UHGV virus genome: UHGV-1624474
Source: a virus
Length of the DNA stretch: 10,505 bases
Direction: 5' to 3' (one strand)
Shown in pieces: positions 1-7,108 of this stretch. The translations under genes were made by a program, and so were the position numbers. The notes beneath the pieces were generated by a model, which was not told the DNA's origin, searched no databases, and was given only the letters and a program-made list of their open reading frames with translations. The first letter of the stretch is position 1, and every line of letters starts with the position of its first letter.

Positions 1-3
1 ATA

Positions 4-201
4 ATGTCGCTACCGCAGGAAACGAAAGAGGAAAAGGAATTTCGCCATTGTATATGGCTTGCAGAGAAAGAAGAACGCGAGCGAATTTACCAGACATCAA
101 TCCGACCATTCCGCAAAGCCACATATACCCACTTCCCTGAATATATCGACCCGCGCCTGCGTAATTACCGCTCACGCTATGGCGCTATCAGTAATGACTG
201 A
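4..201 (+). CDS. hypothetical prophage protein; frame is open back to nt 1, so the true start may lie upstream of the window
   Basis: 65-aa ORF ending at TGA 199-201. It is followed 7 nt later by the next start with its own Shine-Dalgarno, which fits the operon frame pattern. No recognisable motif. Confidence 0.35.
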   Translation: MSLPQETKEEKEFRHCIWLAEKEERERIYQTSIRPFRKATYTHFPEYIDPRLRNYRSRYGAISND

Positions 202-211
202 GGAATTTACC

Positions 212-376
212 ATGAGAGGACTTGCATACAATCCCGGCATTCTTCCGGCAGAAATGATTATTCGCCAACGCGTAAAGCCAATGCCATCGAGAGAGGAATT
301 GCTTAAGAGAAATAGTTTCGGTTCTGTTAATGACAACAAATATCTGAATGCGATGTGGCGGAGTGGGAAAAAATGA
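212..376 (+). CDS. small hypothetical protein (54 aa)
   Basis: ATG at 212 preceded by GAGGA (200-204) at 7-nt spacing. Stop TGA 374-376 overlaps the next start (ATGA). The ORF track lists a longer alternative frame start at 59 with no ribosome-binding site. Confidence 0.45.
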   Translation: MRGLAYNPGILPAEMIIRQRVKPMPSREELLKRNSFGSVNDNKYLNAMWRSGKK

Positions 377-972
377 AACAAATGTCACTAATTGAGATGG
401 ATGGTTTTCTGAAAGGTAAATGCATCCCAAGTGATTTAAAGGTTAACGAAACAAACGCTGAGTATCTGGTGCGTAAATTTGCTGAAGCGGAGGCCAAGAT
501 TTCGGCTCTGTCCGAAGACCACCAGAAAGCGATTGAGTCAATTAAGCAGGCTGATGCGGCTGTTAAGTTGGCACACGAGAAGTTTTCGGCGCTGGCGGCG
601 GAGAATGCGGGGCTGAAGGGTGCGTTTGATAAGCCTCAAGCATATCTATCCTGGCACGCTATTCCACCAAGCTGGGAAGACCCGCTCCCATGCGGTGAAT
701 ATCTTGATGTTCATGACGAGGCAGGACACAAAAACTCCGATGGAACTGATTGCTGGCCGGTATATGCCAAGCCAGAAATCGAGACCACAGCCACCTACGC
801 ATTCCTGGCTGAAGTACGGGCGCAGGGGGTAGAGATGTACGCAGATAACCTCGACAACGGAGCAGACGACGCAGAACGAGGTGGTTTTGATTATGCCGTT
901 AAGTTTCTACGCAGTGAAGCGTCTGGTGTACGTTTGTTCGCCGACCAGCTTCGCAAAGGAGGCAACCAGTGA
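373..972 (+). CDS. hypothetical prophage protein with predicted coiled-coil N-terminal half
   Basis: ORF track 355..972 (GTG 355). I prefer ATG 373, which overlaps the upstream stop as ATGA. Stop TGA 970-972 overlaps the next start (GTGA). Ala/Glu/Lys-rich heptad-like segment [48 protein letters not shown]. Confidence 0.65.
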   Translation: MKQMSLIEMDGFLKGKCIPSDLKVNETNAEYLVRKFAEAEAKISALSEDHQKAIESIKQADAAVKLAHEKFSALAAENAGLKGAFDKPQAYLSWHAIPPSWEDPLPCGEYLDVHDEAGHKNSDGTDCWPVYAKPEIETTATYAFLAEVRAQGVEMYADNLDNGADDAERGGFDYAVKFLRSEASGVRLFADQLRKGGNQ

Positions 973-1829
973 GCAAGATTGATTATCAGGCACTGCGTGC
1001 TAAGGCAGAAAAAGCAACGTGTGGCGAGTGGTCTCTCGAGTATGGAGAGGGCCGATTTGATGGTGATGATGCACTAATTCATCGCGAGGCTGCTGGATAT
1101 ATTCCCATTTGCAGAATTGAAGGAGCGCATCCTGAAAGCGGTTTCGATGAAGATTTCCAAATAGAACAGCAGGCCAATGCTGAATTCATCGCCGCAGCCA
1201 ATCCGGCTACCGTCTTGGCGCTGCTGGATGAACTGGAAAGAAACCAGCAATACATCAAACGCCGCGACCAGGAGAACGAGGATATTGCGCTTACGGTTGG
1301 GAGGCTGCGCGTTGAGCTGGAAGGCAAAGACAGCAAAATAGCCAATCTTACCGCCGAACGCGATGCTCTTCGTGAAGGTGAGATGGGCGACGCTAGGCAT
1401 AGCAACACACGGGCCGCAGCTGATATCTACTTCCAACTGGTCGAGGAGTGCGAAATTCCTGCTGGCGGTTCTCTGGTCGAGTACGTTGACGATATGCGCG
1501 AGAAGCTGGAAGCCGCAGAGAAACGTCTGGCAGAACTACAATCTAAATCCATGCGACCTGTGGCGTGGATGAGAAGCGACGATATTACTACATTTGGACC
1601 AATATTCACCAAGAACGAAAACTATGCTGTTGAGCAGTGGGGAGATAATGCGGTAGCGCTTTATGCATCCCCAGTTAATTTCAAGTTGGCATGCTTCACT
1701 GACGAGAGAAATCTTAAGTACATCAATGAACGAGGAAGGGAGACATCTCTCATCTGGAGCGAAAGAAATTCAGAAAATGGTGATGTTCAACTTTTCCGCG
1801 CCGCAGGCATTCGCATCAAAGGAGAGTGA
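969..1829 (+). CDS. Ea22-like family prophage protein
   Basis: GTG start 969 with AAGGAGG at 954-960. N-terminus [21 protein letters not shown] and the motif FIAAANPATVLALLDELE match my recollection of ead/Ea22-like prophage proteins. Central coiled-coil; 286 aa. Confidence 0.7.
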   Translation: MSKIDYQALRAKAEKATCGEWSLEYGEGRFDGDDALIHREAAGYIPICRIEGAHPESGFDEDFQIEQQANAEFIAAANPATVLALLDELERNQQYIKRRDQENEDIALTVGRLRVELEGKDSKIANLTAERDALREGEMGDARHSNTRAAADIYFQLVEECEIPAGGSLVEYVDDMREKLEAAEKRLAELQSKSMRPVAWMRSDDITTFGPIFTKNENYAVEQWGDNAVALYASPVNFKLACFTDERNLKYINERGRETSLIWSERNSENGDVQLFRAAGIRIKGE

Positions 1830-1830
1830 T

Positions 1831-2118
1831 ATGGCAACTTTGCAGGAATTAATCGACCTGACGCCGGAACAGGAAAAAGCGTGGAATCGCCTTGTGAAGG
1901 CTGTAAAGGATTTCAGGGCATCCGGAGGAAAGTTTTATAGCGTCCTGGACACGCTGAGCGCATACAACGGTGAGCACGTTGCCAGCATTGATAACGATAA
2001 GGGCTACCACACTGCAAGCGTCTATATGCCTAGCATTGATGCGCCAGGGCTAACCAGTTGGGCTGATGATTGGCACGGCATCACGCTGAAAGATGGCGTT
2101 GAAGTGGATGAGGACTAA
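1831..2118 (+). CDS. hypothetical prophage protein (95 aa)
   Basis: ATG 1831 lies 1 nt after the upstream stop, with AAAGGAGAG at 1818-1826. The ORF track's 1663 start is an in-frame upstream extension overlapping the previous gene and is rejected. Confidence 0.65.
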   Translation: MATLQELIDLTPEQEKAWNRLVKAVKDFRASGGKFYSVLDTLSAYNGEHVASIDNDKGYHTASVYMPSIDAPGLTSWADDWHGITLKDGVEVDED

Positions 2119-2121
2119 CCC

Positions 2122-2814
2122 ATGACCACTATTACCAAAGAGCGACTACTGACAATCAAGCAGTGGCGCGAAACATACGGACCTGGTAGCAACGTTGTAC
2201 TGCCAGCAGAAGAAGCGGAAGAACTGGCACGAATTGCACTGGCATCGCTGGAAGCAGAACCGGTGGCGTGGATGCGTGATGACGCAGATGGTCGTGAGTA
2301 TAACGCTCGCAATGAATTTTCTGATGGAGGGAAAGGAATTCCGCTATATCGTGTGCCGCCAGCGCCGGAAGTGCCGGAAGAAATATATTGGCAGGATGCG
2401 CCAGTTGAAGGCAGCATCAAAGCGGCTGCATACGCTACAGACTGGAACGCCTGCCGCGCCGCCATGCTTCATGGTGCCAAACCTGTAAGCCAGACTTACA
2501 AGTTAAACGAGCTGTCGGGCAACTCTCCGGTAACTCCGGATGGTTGGATAAGCTGTAGTGAGCAGATGCCTGTAATCGGCGAGCTAAATTGGAGAACTAG
2601 TTTTCCTTTACTGGTTACGTGTGAGATCGGCGTTATACCTGCTTATTACGGCTTTGTGAGCGTTAATGGTGATAGGCATTATGGCTTTATGGAGAGTCTT
2701 AAATACGGAGACGATAACGGCAACCATCCTCAAACTAATGAATATGGTCTGATTAGCAATGTCACACACTGGATGCCTCTACCAGAACCGCCTCAGGAGG
2801 TTAACCGTGGCTAA
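2122..2814 (+). CDS. DUF551-like prophage protein
   Basis: ATG 2122 with GAGGA at 2110-2114. C-terminal segment WISCSEQMP...VTHWMPLPEPP resembles the DUF551 hallmark. N-terminal EAEPVAWMRDD module is shared with the Ea22-like protein. Confidence 0.7.
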   Translation: MTTITKERLLTIKQWRETYGPGSNVVLPAEEAEELARIALASLEAEPVAWMRDDADGREYNARNEFSDGGKGIPLYRVPPAPEVPEEIYWQDAPVEGSIKAAAYATDWNACRAAMLHGAKPVSQTYKLNELSGNSPVTPDGWISCSEQMPVIGELNWRTSFPLLVTCEIGVIPAYYGFVSVNGDRHYGFMESLKYGDDNGNHPQTNEYGLISNVTHWMPLPEPPQEVNRG

Positions 2815-3088
2815 TCTGCAACTTGCCGTTAAAGGTGAATACTTCGATGCCATGATTCGCGGGGAGAAAACGGAAGAGTATCGCTTGTGTAATGACTACT
2901 GGAATAAGCGAATTATGTTCCGGGAGTATGACCGCCTGATTATCACGAAGGGATATCCGAAGCGCGACGACTTCAGTCGCAGAATTGATGTCCCGTATGA
3001 CGGATATGAAATCAAGACAATCACACATCCCCACTTCGGCGATAAACCGGTAAAGGTATACGCGATAAAGGTGAATATCAATTGCTAA
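2807..3088 (+). CDS. ASCH/DUF3850-like (PUA-fold) small protein, tentative
   Basis: GTG 2807 with AGGAGG at 2795-2800, overlapping the upstream gene by 8 nt. Pattern GEYFDAMIRGEKTEEYR...YDRLIITKGY resembles ASCH-type domains. Track start 2759 lacks a ribosome-binding site. Confidence 0.5.
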   Translation: MANLQLAVKGEYFDAMIRGEKTEEYRLCNDYWNKRIMFREYDRLIITKGYPKRDDFSRRIDVPYDGYEIKTITHPHFGDKPVKVYAIKVNINC

Positions 3089-3112
3089 ATTAGTAGCATA
3101 GCATAAAGATGC

Positions 3113-3136
3113 TTGCATTAATGAAGTGTGTATAAT
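3113..3136 (+). promoter_or_regulatory. candidate sigma70-type promoter for the AT-rich small-ORF insert
   Basis: Perfect -10 TATAAT at 3131-3136 with TG-rich sequence immediately upstream. The nearest -35-like hexamer, TTGCAT 3113-3118, is at a suboptimal 12-nt spacing. Confidence 0.2.
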
Positions 3137-3199
3137 AACGCCTCATCAATAGTAAACTACTGAAATAGCAAAAAATGCATATTAAAGAGGATTCGAAAA

Positions 3200-3391
3200 T
3201 TGAAAATGTTCATGCAAATAGACAGACGCATAGATATTAATGGCAATTCATACTTAGTTAGATGCGAAGAGAGGCCTAACGGTGAGTGGCGTGTATATGA
3301 TATTGACCGTAAGATCAATATCAGCACCATGAACAAAGACACTGCCTTTGATGAATGGAAAGCTGAAGCTAAAAAACAACATAATTCGTAG
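3200..3391 (+). CDS. small hypothetical protein (63 aa) in AT-rich insert
   Basis: TTG 3200 lies 9 nt after AAAGAGG (3184-3190); ATG 3206 is an alternative. Stop TAG 3389-3391, followed by a hairpin terminator. No recognisable domain. Confidence 0.35.
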   Translation: MKMFMQIDRRIDINGNSYLVRCEERPNGEWRVYDIDRKINISTMNKDTAFDEWKAEAKKQHNS

Positions 3392-3433
3392 AATTACAAA
3401 AACCCTAACCAATTGATGGATTTCTTTTATCTG

Positions 3434-3460
3434 AACTCGCTACGGCGAGTTTTGTTTTAT
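3434..3460 (+). terminator. candidate intrinsic terminator
   Basis: 7-bp stem AACTCGC/GCGAGTT (3434-3440 / 3445-3451) with loop TACG, followed by TTGTTTTAT. Confidence 0.4.
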
Positions 3461-3471
3461 GGAGATGATAA

Positions 3472-3639
3472 ATGCACTTCCGAGTCACAGGTGAATGGAA
3501 TGGAGAGCCATTCAACAGGGTTATCGAAGCAGAGGACATCAACGACTGCTATAACCACTGGATGATATGGGCGCAGATAGCACATGCAGACGTAACCAAT
3601 ATTCGAATTGAAGAACTGAAAGAACACCAAACCGCCTGA
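3472..3639 (+). CDS. small hypothetical protein (55 aa)
   Basis: ATG 3472 with GGAG at 3461-3464 (7-nt spacing). Translation MHFRVTGEWNGEPFNRVIEAEDINDCYNHWMIWAQIAHADVTNIRIEELKEHQTA. Stop TGA 3637-3639 sits in the loop of the following terminator. Absent from the ORF track because it is under 60 aa. Confidence 0.4.
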   Translation: MHFRVTGEWNGEPFNRVIEAEDINDCYNHWMIWAQIAHADVTNIRIEELKEHQTA

Positions 3640-3654
3640 TGGCGGTTTTTTATT
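3630..3654 (+). terminator. rho-independent terminator
   Basis: Stem AACCGCC (3630-3636) / GGCGGTT (3641-3647) with loop TGAT, immediately followed by TTTTTTATT. Confidence 0.65.
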
Positions 3655-3696
3655 GCCTGATTTGCAGGTTCGATTCCCTATTCGGAGATAGCACTC

Positions 3697-3897
3697 ATGC
3701 AACACGAACTACAGCCTGATTCACTGGTTGATTTGAAATTCATCATGGCCGATACTGGCTTTGGTAAAACCTTCATCTACGACCGTATTAAGTCCGGCGA
3801 CTTGCCAAAAGCCAAAGTTATCCACGGGCGAGCAAGATGGTTATATCGTGACCATTGTGAATTCAAAAATAAGCTCTTAAGCCGCGCCAATGGGTAA
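3697..3897 (+). CDS. AlpA-family phage transcriptional regulator / excisionase (Xis-like)
   Basis: 66 aa. ATG 3697 with GGAGA at 3684-3688. Helix-turn-helix core LVDLKFIMADTGFGKTFIYDRIKSGDLPKAKVIHGRARWLYRD is typical of the AlpA/Xis (Phage_AlpA) family. Sits directly upstream of the integrase on the same strand. Confidence 0.85.
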   Translation: MQHELQPDSLVDLKFIMADTGFGKTFIYDRIKSGDLPKAKVIHGRARWLYRDHCEFKNKLLSRANG

Positions 3898-4109
3898 AAT
3901 AGCGGGTAAAATATTTCTCACATCTAAAAAACACCATTCCAATCAATCCCCTGCCGCCTCAAGTAGATGTCTGCAGGGGACACCATTTACACCTCTCCTG
4001 AAATCTACCATATCCCATAAAAAGCCTTTATAATCAGTATATACCCTTACTTATGTTACTCAAATAGTCGCCGTGATTCTCCTCAGGGGTACGTAAATCA
4101 AGTCACATT

Positions 4110-4159
4110 TGGGGGCCTATTTAGGGGCACATATTGGTCAATCTATTGCGAGGCCCCCA
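4110..4159 (+). promoter_or_regulatory. inverted repeat overlapping the integrase ribosome-binding site
   Basis: TGGGGGCCT (4110-4118) and its reverse complement AGGCCCCCA (4151-4159), separated by 32 nt. The right arm covers the int Shine-Dalgarno GAGG (4150-4153), 2 nt before ATG 4161. A perfect TATAAT is at 4029-4034 upstream. Confidence 0.3.
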
Positions 4160-4160
4160 G

Positions 4161-5351
4161 ATGCCACTGACAGCTCGACAAGTTGAAACAGCCAAACCCA
4201 AAGATAAAATTTATAAAATTGCCGATGGTGGTGGGCTCTACCTGCAGGTCAATCCTAACGGCTCAAAGTACTGGCGAATGAAGTACCACTATGCAGGGAA
4301 GGAAAAGAAACTATCATTTGGCACCTATCCAACTATTACATTGGCTGAAGCTCGCAAACGTCGGGATGAAGCCAAGAAAATACATGCCGATGGTAAAGAC
4401 CCCGGTGAAGTCAAGAAAGCTGAAAATCTTGAGAAAAACCTTTCTGAAGGAAGAACTTTTGCCACAATCGCCACCGAGTGGTACAACGCAAAAGTTTCAG
4501 GCTGGTCGGCCAGCTACGCTGATTATGTCGACAGAGCATTCAAAAATAATGTGTTTCCCTACATTGGAAACAGACCCATCAGTGATATCGAACCTCTTGA
4601 ACTTCTCGCAGTTCTTCAGCGTATTGAAAGCCGCGGAGCCTGCGAGCTAGCTAATAAAGTTCGCCAACGATGTGGTGAAGTGTTTCGGTATGCCATTGTT
4701 ACAGGTAGGGCTCGATACAATCCAGCCTCTGATCTGGTTATAGCAATGAAAAGCCATAAACGAACACATTACCCATTCCTGCTTCCTCCTGAACTACCAG
4801 AGTTTTTGTACAAACTCGAAAACTACACCGGCAGTATTGTAACCCGTGAAGCTACAAAATTGTTGATGCTCACAGGGCTGAGGACCGTAGAATTACGTAT
4901 GGGGGAATGGTGTGAGATCGATTTTTCCCAAAAAATATGGGAAGTGCCTCCGACCCGGATGAAAATGAGGAAGGAACATATTGTTCCCCTCTCAAATCAG
5001 GCAATTCGGTCTCTCCAAATCCTTAAAGAACTGACGGGAAGATACAGATACATCTTTGCCGGAAGAAATGATGTTAACAGGCCTATCAGCGATGCAAGCG
5101 TCAATATGGTTTTGAAGAAGATTGGCTATGACAAAAAAGCTACCGGGCATGGTTTTCGTCATACAATGAGTACTATTCTACATGAGAAAGGATTCAATAG
5201 TGCATGGATTGAAATGCAACTTGCACATACGGACAAAAACAGCATTCGTGGTACATACAACCATGCTCGTTACCTTGAAGGAAGACGAGAAATGATGCAA
5301 TGGTACGCTGACTACCTTGATGCTATTCGAAAAGATTCCCCAGCTATATAA
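4161..5351 (+). CDS. int: tyrosine site-specific integrase, P4-type (N-terminal DUF4102 arm-binding domain)
   Basis: N-terminus MPLTARQVETAKPKDKIYKIADGGGLYLQVNPNGSKYWRMKYHYAGKEKKLSFGTYP is the DUF4102 signature. C-terminal catalytic boxes TGLRTVELR, HGFRHT, LAH and RGTYNHARY (nucleophilic Tyr) are present. Track start 4134 (TTG) is an upstream extension; ATG 4161 gives the canonical N-terminus. Confidence 0.92.
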   Translation: MPLTARQVETAKPKDKIYKIADGGGLYLQVNPNGSKYWRMKYHYAGKEKKLSFGTYPTITLAEARKRRDEAKKIHADGKDPGEVKKAENLEKNLSEGRTFATIATEWYNAKVSGWSASYADYVDRAFKNNVFPYIGNRPISDIEPLELLAVLQRIESRGACELANKVRQRCGEVFRYAIVTGRARYNPASDLVIAMKSHKRTHYPFLLPPELPEFLYKLENYTGSIVTREATKLLMLTGLRTVELRMGEWCEIDFSQKIWEVPPTRMKMRKEHIVPLSNQAIRSLQILKELTGRYRYIFAGRNDVNRPISDASVNMVLKKIGYDKKATGHGFRHTMSTILHEKGFNSAWIEMQLAHTDKNSIRGTYNHARYLEGRREMMQWYADYLDAIRKDSPAI

Positions 5352-5368
5352 TCACTTGATTTTAAAGG

Positions 5369-5424
5369 CTGACTTAACGAAATACCTTGATAGTCATTTA
5401 TCAGTAATCTAATAGTTAAGTCAG
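5369..5424. repeat. 10-bp inverted repeat downstream of int; candidate attachment-site or recombinase-binding region
   Basis: CTGACTTAAC (5369-5378) and GTTAAGTCAG (5415-5424) are exact reverse complements separated by 36 nt. They lie in the 90-bp AT-rich gap between the int stop and the IS remnant. Confidence 0.3.
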
Positions 5425-5441
5425 TCATAATCCCCTAAGTA

Positions 5442-5913
5442 TCACTCCTCAATCAGTTTCAGCACATTGTTGACCTGTCTCCAGTATTCGATACAACCAT
5501 CAGTCAGCCTGCTGGCACGACGTTGCGACAGACCCGTTGCCTCACACATGACTTCCACGGCTTCCCACTTCTGTTCTGTCGTCAGAATTTCGGTCCAGAG
5601 CTACCTGAAGTACCTCCTTATCCAGCATGGTTTTGGCGAGCAGCGTCTTGAGGGGTCGTTCTCCTCTTCAGGTGTCTTAAGCCGCTTTACCTCAGGGACT
5701 TCTATTCCACCAAACTTCGGCGCCCGGTGTAGAAAGTAGCGTCTGAAATAGCATTCTTGCGGCAGAGTTCCCGGGCAGAAACGCCGGCTACGGCCTCGCG
5801 GAGGATACTGATAATCTGTTCGTCGGAAAACACTTCTTCATGGGGATACCCTAACGTTGCTGATGAAGACATTACTTACATCGTGGTATATTAATAAATG
5901 TGGGAGCAGGTCA
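5442..5913 (-). pseudogene. IS3-family (IS407-group-like) insertion sequence remnant: frameshifted orfA plus first codons of orfB, truncated
   Basis: Minus-strand ATG at 5872 gives MSSSATLGYPHEEVFSDEQIISILREAVAGVSARELCRKNAISDATFY, then a stop. Two shifted frames continue with KFGGIEVPEVKRLKTPEEEND, LLAKTMLDKEVLQVAL and EVMCEATGLSQRRASRL, matching the conserved IS3 OrfA pattern. Candidate terminal repeat TGACCTGCTCCCA on the minus strand at 5913-5901. No DDE domain follows. Confidence 0.7.
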
Positions 5914-5990
5914 ACTCCACAATGCAGTCCACTGAGGGAAGAGATCATTAGGTGCAAAGGATCTACATTAGTGGCTGAAAACAACTAGAA

Positions 5991-6019
5991 TTTAGAATTA
6001 AAAAGTTTTATCCTATATT
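5991..6019 (+). promoter_or_regulatory. candidate promoter of the SIR2-DUF262 operon
   Basis: -10-like TATATT (6014-6019) with -35-like TTTAGA (5991-5996) at 17-nt spacing in an AT-rich leader. Purely a hexamer match. Confidence 0.2.
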
Positions 6020-6058
6020 AGTAAGTATTTTTGTTAACACTTTTGTAAGGATACTTTT

Positions 6059-7108
6059 TTGAGCAGCGAAAAAAAAAAGAAAGTTGGGTTAATGCTTGGG
6101 AATGGATTCACTATTGACCTCCTTAGCAAAATGGACAAACTTGATATAATTGACCCATCCGATCTATTTAAATATGGCGATATGGTTAAGTGGCCCGCCA
6201 CTGGGGAACCCGGTTTTCTTTCTGCTCGATATTGCCCAAATCTATGGCGATTGGGTGCAAGACCCGGGCTAAATAGAACCGCATCATATCAAATAATAGA
6301 AGAATTAATTACAGTAATAAATTTATATGCAACTCTACCTCCAGAAACAATAAAGAAGAAAAATCAGGCAAGTCATACTCCATTGTCAAACATTTACATT
6401 TATGCTTATCAAGAATTAGTTTCATATTTAAGGGAGCTTTTCATTGATTATAACGAAAAAGTTTCCTCTGAAGATCTACGTAAGTTAGAAAGTGGCTGGC
6501 GAGACTATTTGATGAAACTGGACAAAAACGAAAACATAGAACGAGTTGATATTATAACTTATAACTATGACATTTATCTTGAGCGCCTTCTTGATTTACT
6601 TAATATCAGATTTGACATCCCAAACATATCTGACGGGAATGCAAAGTTTAAAATATACAAACCACATGGCTCTATTAGCTTCTTGTATGAAGGATATATG
6701 TCAAAAGATAACTACAATATCCAAAAAGAGTTATCTTTAAATAATGGCGACATATCAAAATTCGAATGCCGGCATGAAAACTTAAGCCTTTACATGCCAT
6801 TAATTCCAATAATACCGCCAGCAGGAGAAGCTCATCGTTATGCCCAAAACTGGGCTAATTCAATTAAAGAGTCTATTGAAGCGACGATGGAGTCGTACAA
6901 CCCAAACGATGATTTCTTCATTTGTGGTATTTCATATTGGCATGTTGATCGTGCCGAAATTGATGCAATAATACGCAAAATAAACAGTGACGTTAATGTT
7001 AGAATGATTAATCCAGGAAATGTTGATGGTTTAAGTGCTATACTTGGAATGGTATTTAATAGTTATGTTCATCATTCATCATCTGAAGTTTTAAAGGAGC
7101 TTGCCTAA
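6059..7108 (+). CDS. SIR2-like (SIR2_2 / DHS-like NAD-binding fold) protein; putative NAD+-consuming defense effector
   Basis: 349 aa. TTG 6059 with AAGGA (6047-6051) at 7-nt spacing; ATG 6092 is an alternative start. Glycine loop LMLGNGFTID (aa 11-20), motif IITYNYDIYLE (aa 165-175; codons 6551-6583) and KPHGSI (aa 201-206; His codon 6665-6667) match the bacterial SIR2 hallmarks GAGxS / TTNYD / K-x-HGS. Hand-counted sample lines are about 25-40% G+C. Confidence 0.78.
   Translation: MSSEKKKKVGLMLGNGFTIDLLSKMDKLDIIDPSDLFKYGDMVKWPATGEPGFLSARYCPNLWRLGARPGLNRTASYQIIEELITVINLYATLPPETIKKKNQASHTPLSNIYIYAYQELVSYLRELFIDYNEKVSSEDLRKLESGWRDYLMKLDKNENIERVDIITYNYDIYLERLLDLLNIRFDIPNISDGNAKFKIYKPHGSISFLYEGYMSKDNYNIQKELSLNNGDISKFECRHENLSLYMPLIPIIPPAGEAHRYAQNWANSIKESIEATMESYNPNDDFFICGISYWHVDRAEIDAIIRKINSDVNVRMINPGNVDGLSAILGMVFNSYVHHSSSEVLKELA

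Noticed and set aside
59-376. 105-aa ORF in the track overlapping the first two small genes
   Set aside because: It has no ribosome-binding site at its start and spans the stop/Shine-Dalgarno/start junction at 199-214. Its last 54 codons coincide with the preferred 212..376 gene; the upstream extension is treated as non-coding read-through.
1074-1436. Minus-strand ORFs 1074..1436 and 1079..1408 antisense to the Ea22-like gene
   Set aside because: They lie entirely within a well-supported plus-strand gene and have low-complexity Ser/Ala-rich translations, typical of antisense frames. No ribosome-binding site.
2115-2488. ORFs 2115..2465 (minus) and 2195..2488 (plus, alternate frame) inside the DUF551-like gene
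   Set aside because: Both are nested alternate-frame or antisense ORFs with Arg/Ser-rich or Lys/Arg-rich junk-like composition inside a gene with strong start context.
2801-3118. Minus-strand ORFs 2801..3118 and 2896..3081 antisense to the ASCH-like gene
   Set aside because: Antisense to a plus-strand gene that has a Shine-Dalgarno and fits the coupled operon. No independent support.
3157-3342. Minus-strand 61-aa ORF antisense to the small plus-strand ORF 3200..3391
   Set aside because: Hydrophobic low-complexity translation with no Shine-Dalgarno. The plus-strand ORF has a ribosome-binding site and a downstream terminator, so it is preferred, though neither is certain.
3667-3677. GGTTCGATTCC, identical to the conserved tRNA T-loop motif, just upstream of the AlpA-family gene
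   Set aside because: The flanking bases cannot form a T-stem (only 2 of 5 pairs) and no acceptor stem, anticodon arm or CCA context is present. It is an isolated 11-mer, at most a relic, not a tRNA gene.
3457-3705. Minus-strand 82-aa ORF spanning the 55-aa ORF and the terminator hairpin
   Set aside because: It reads through a strong plus-strand terminator and into the AlpA start region. Most likely a chance antisense frame.
4291-4650. 119-aa alternate-frame ORF inside the integrase
   Set aside because: Nested in a different frame of a confidently identified integrase gene.
5467-5739. Plus-strand 90-aa ORF over the IS remnant
   Set aside because: It is antisense to the recognisable, though frameshifted, IS3-family OrfA coding sequence and has no start context.
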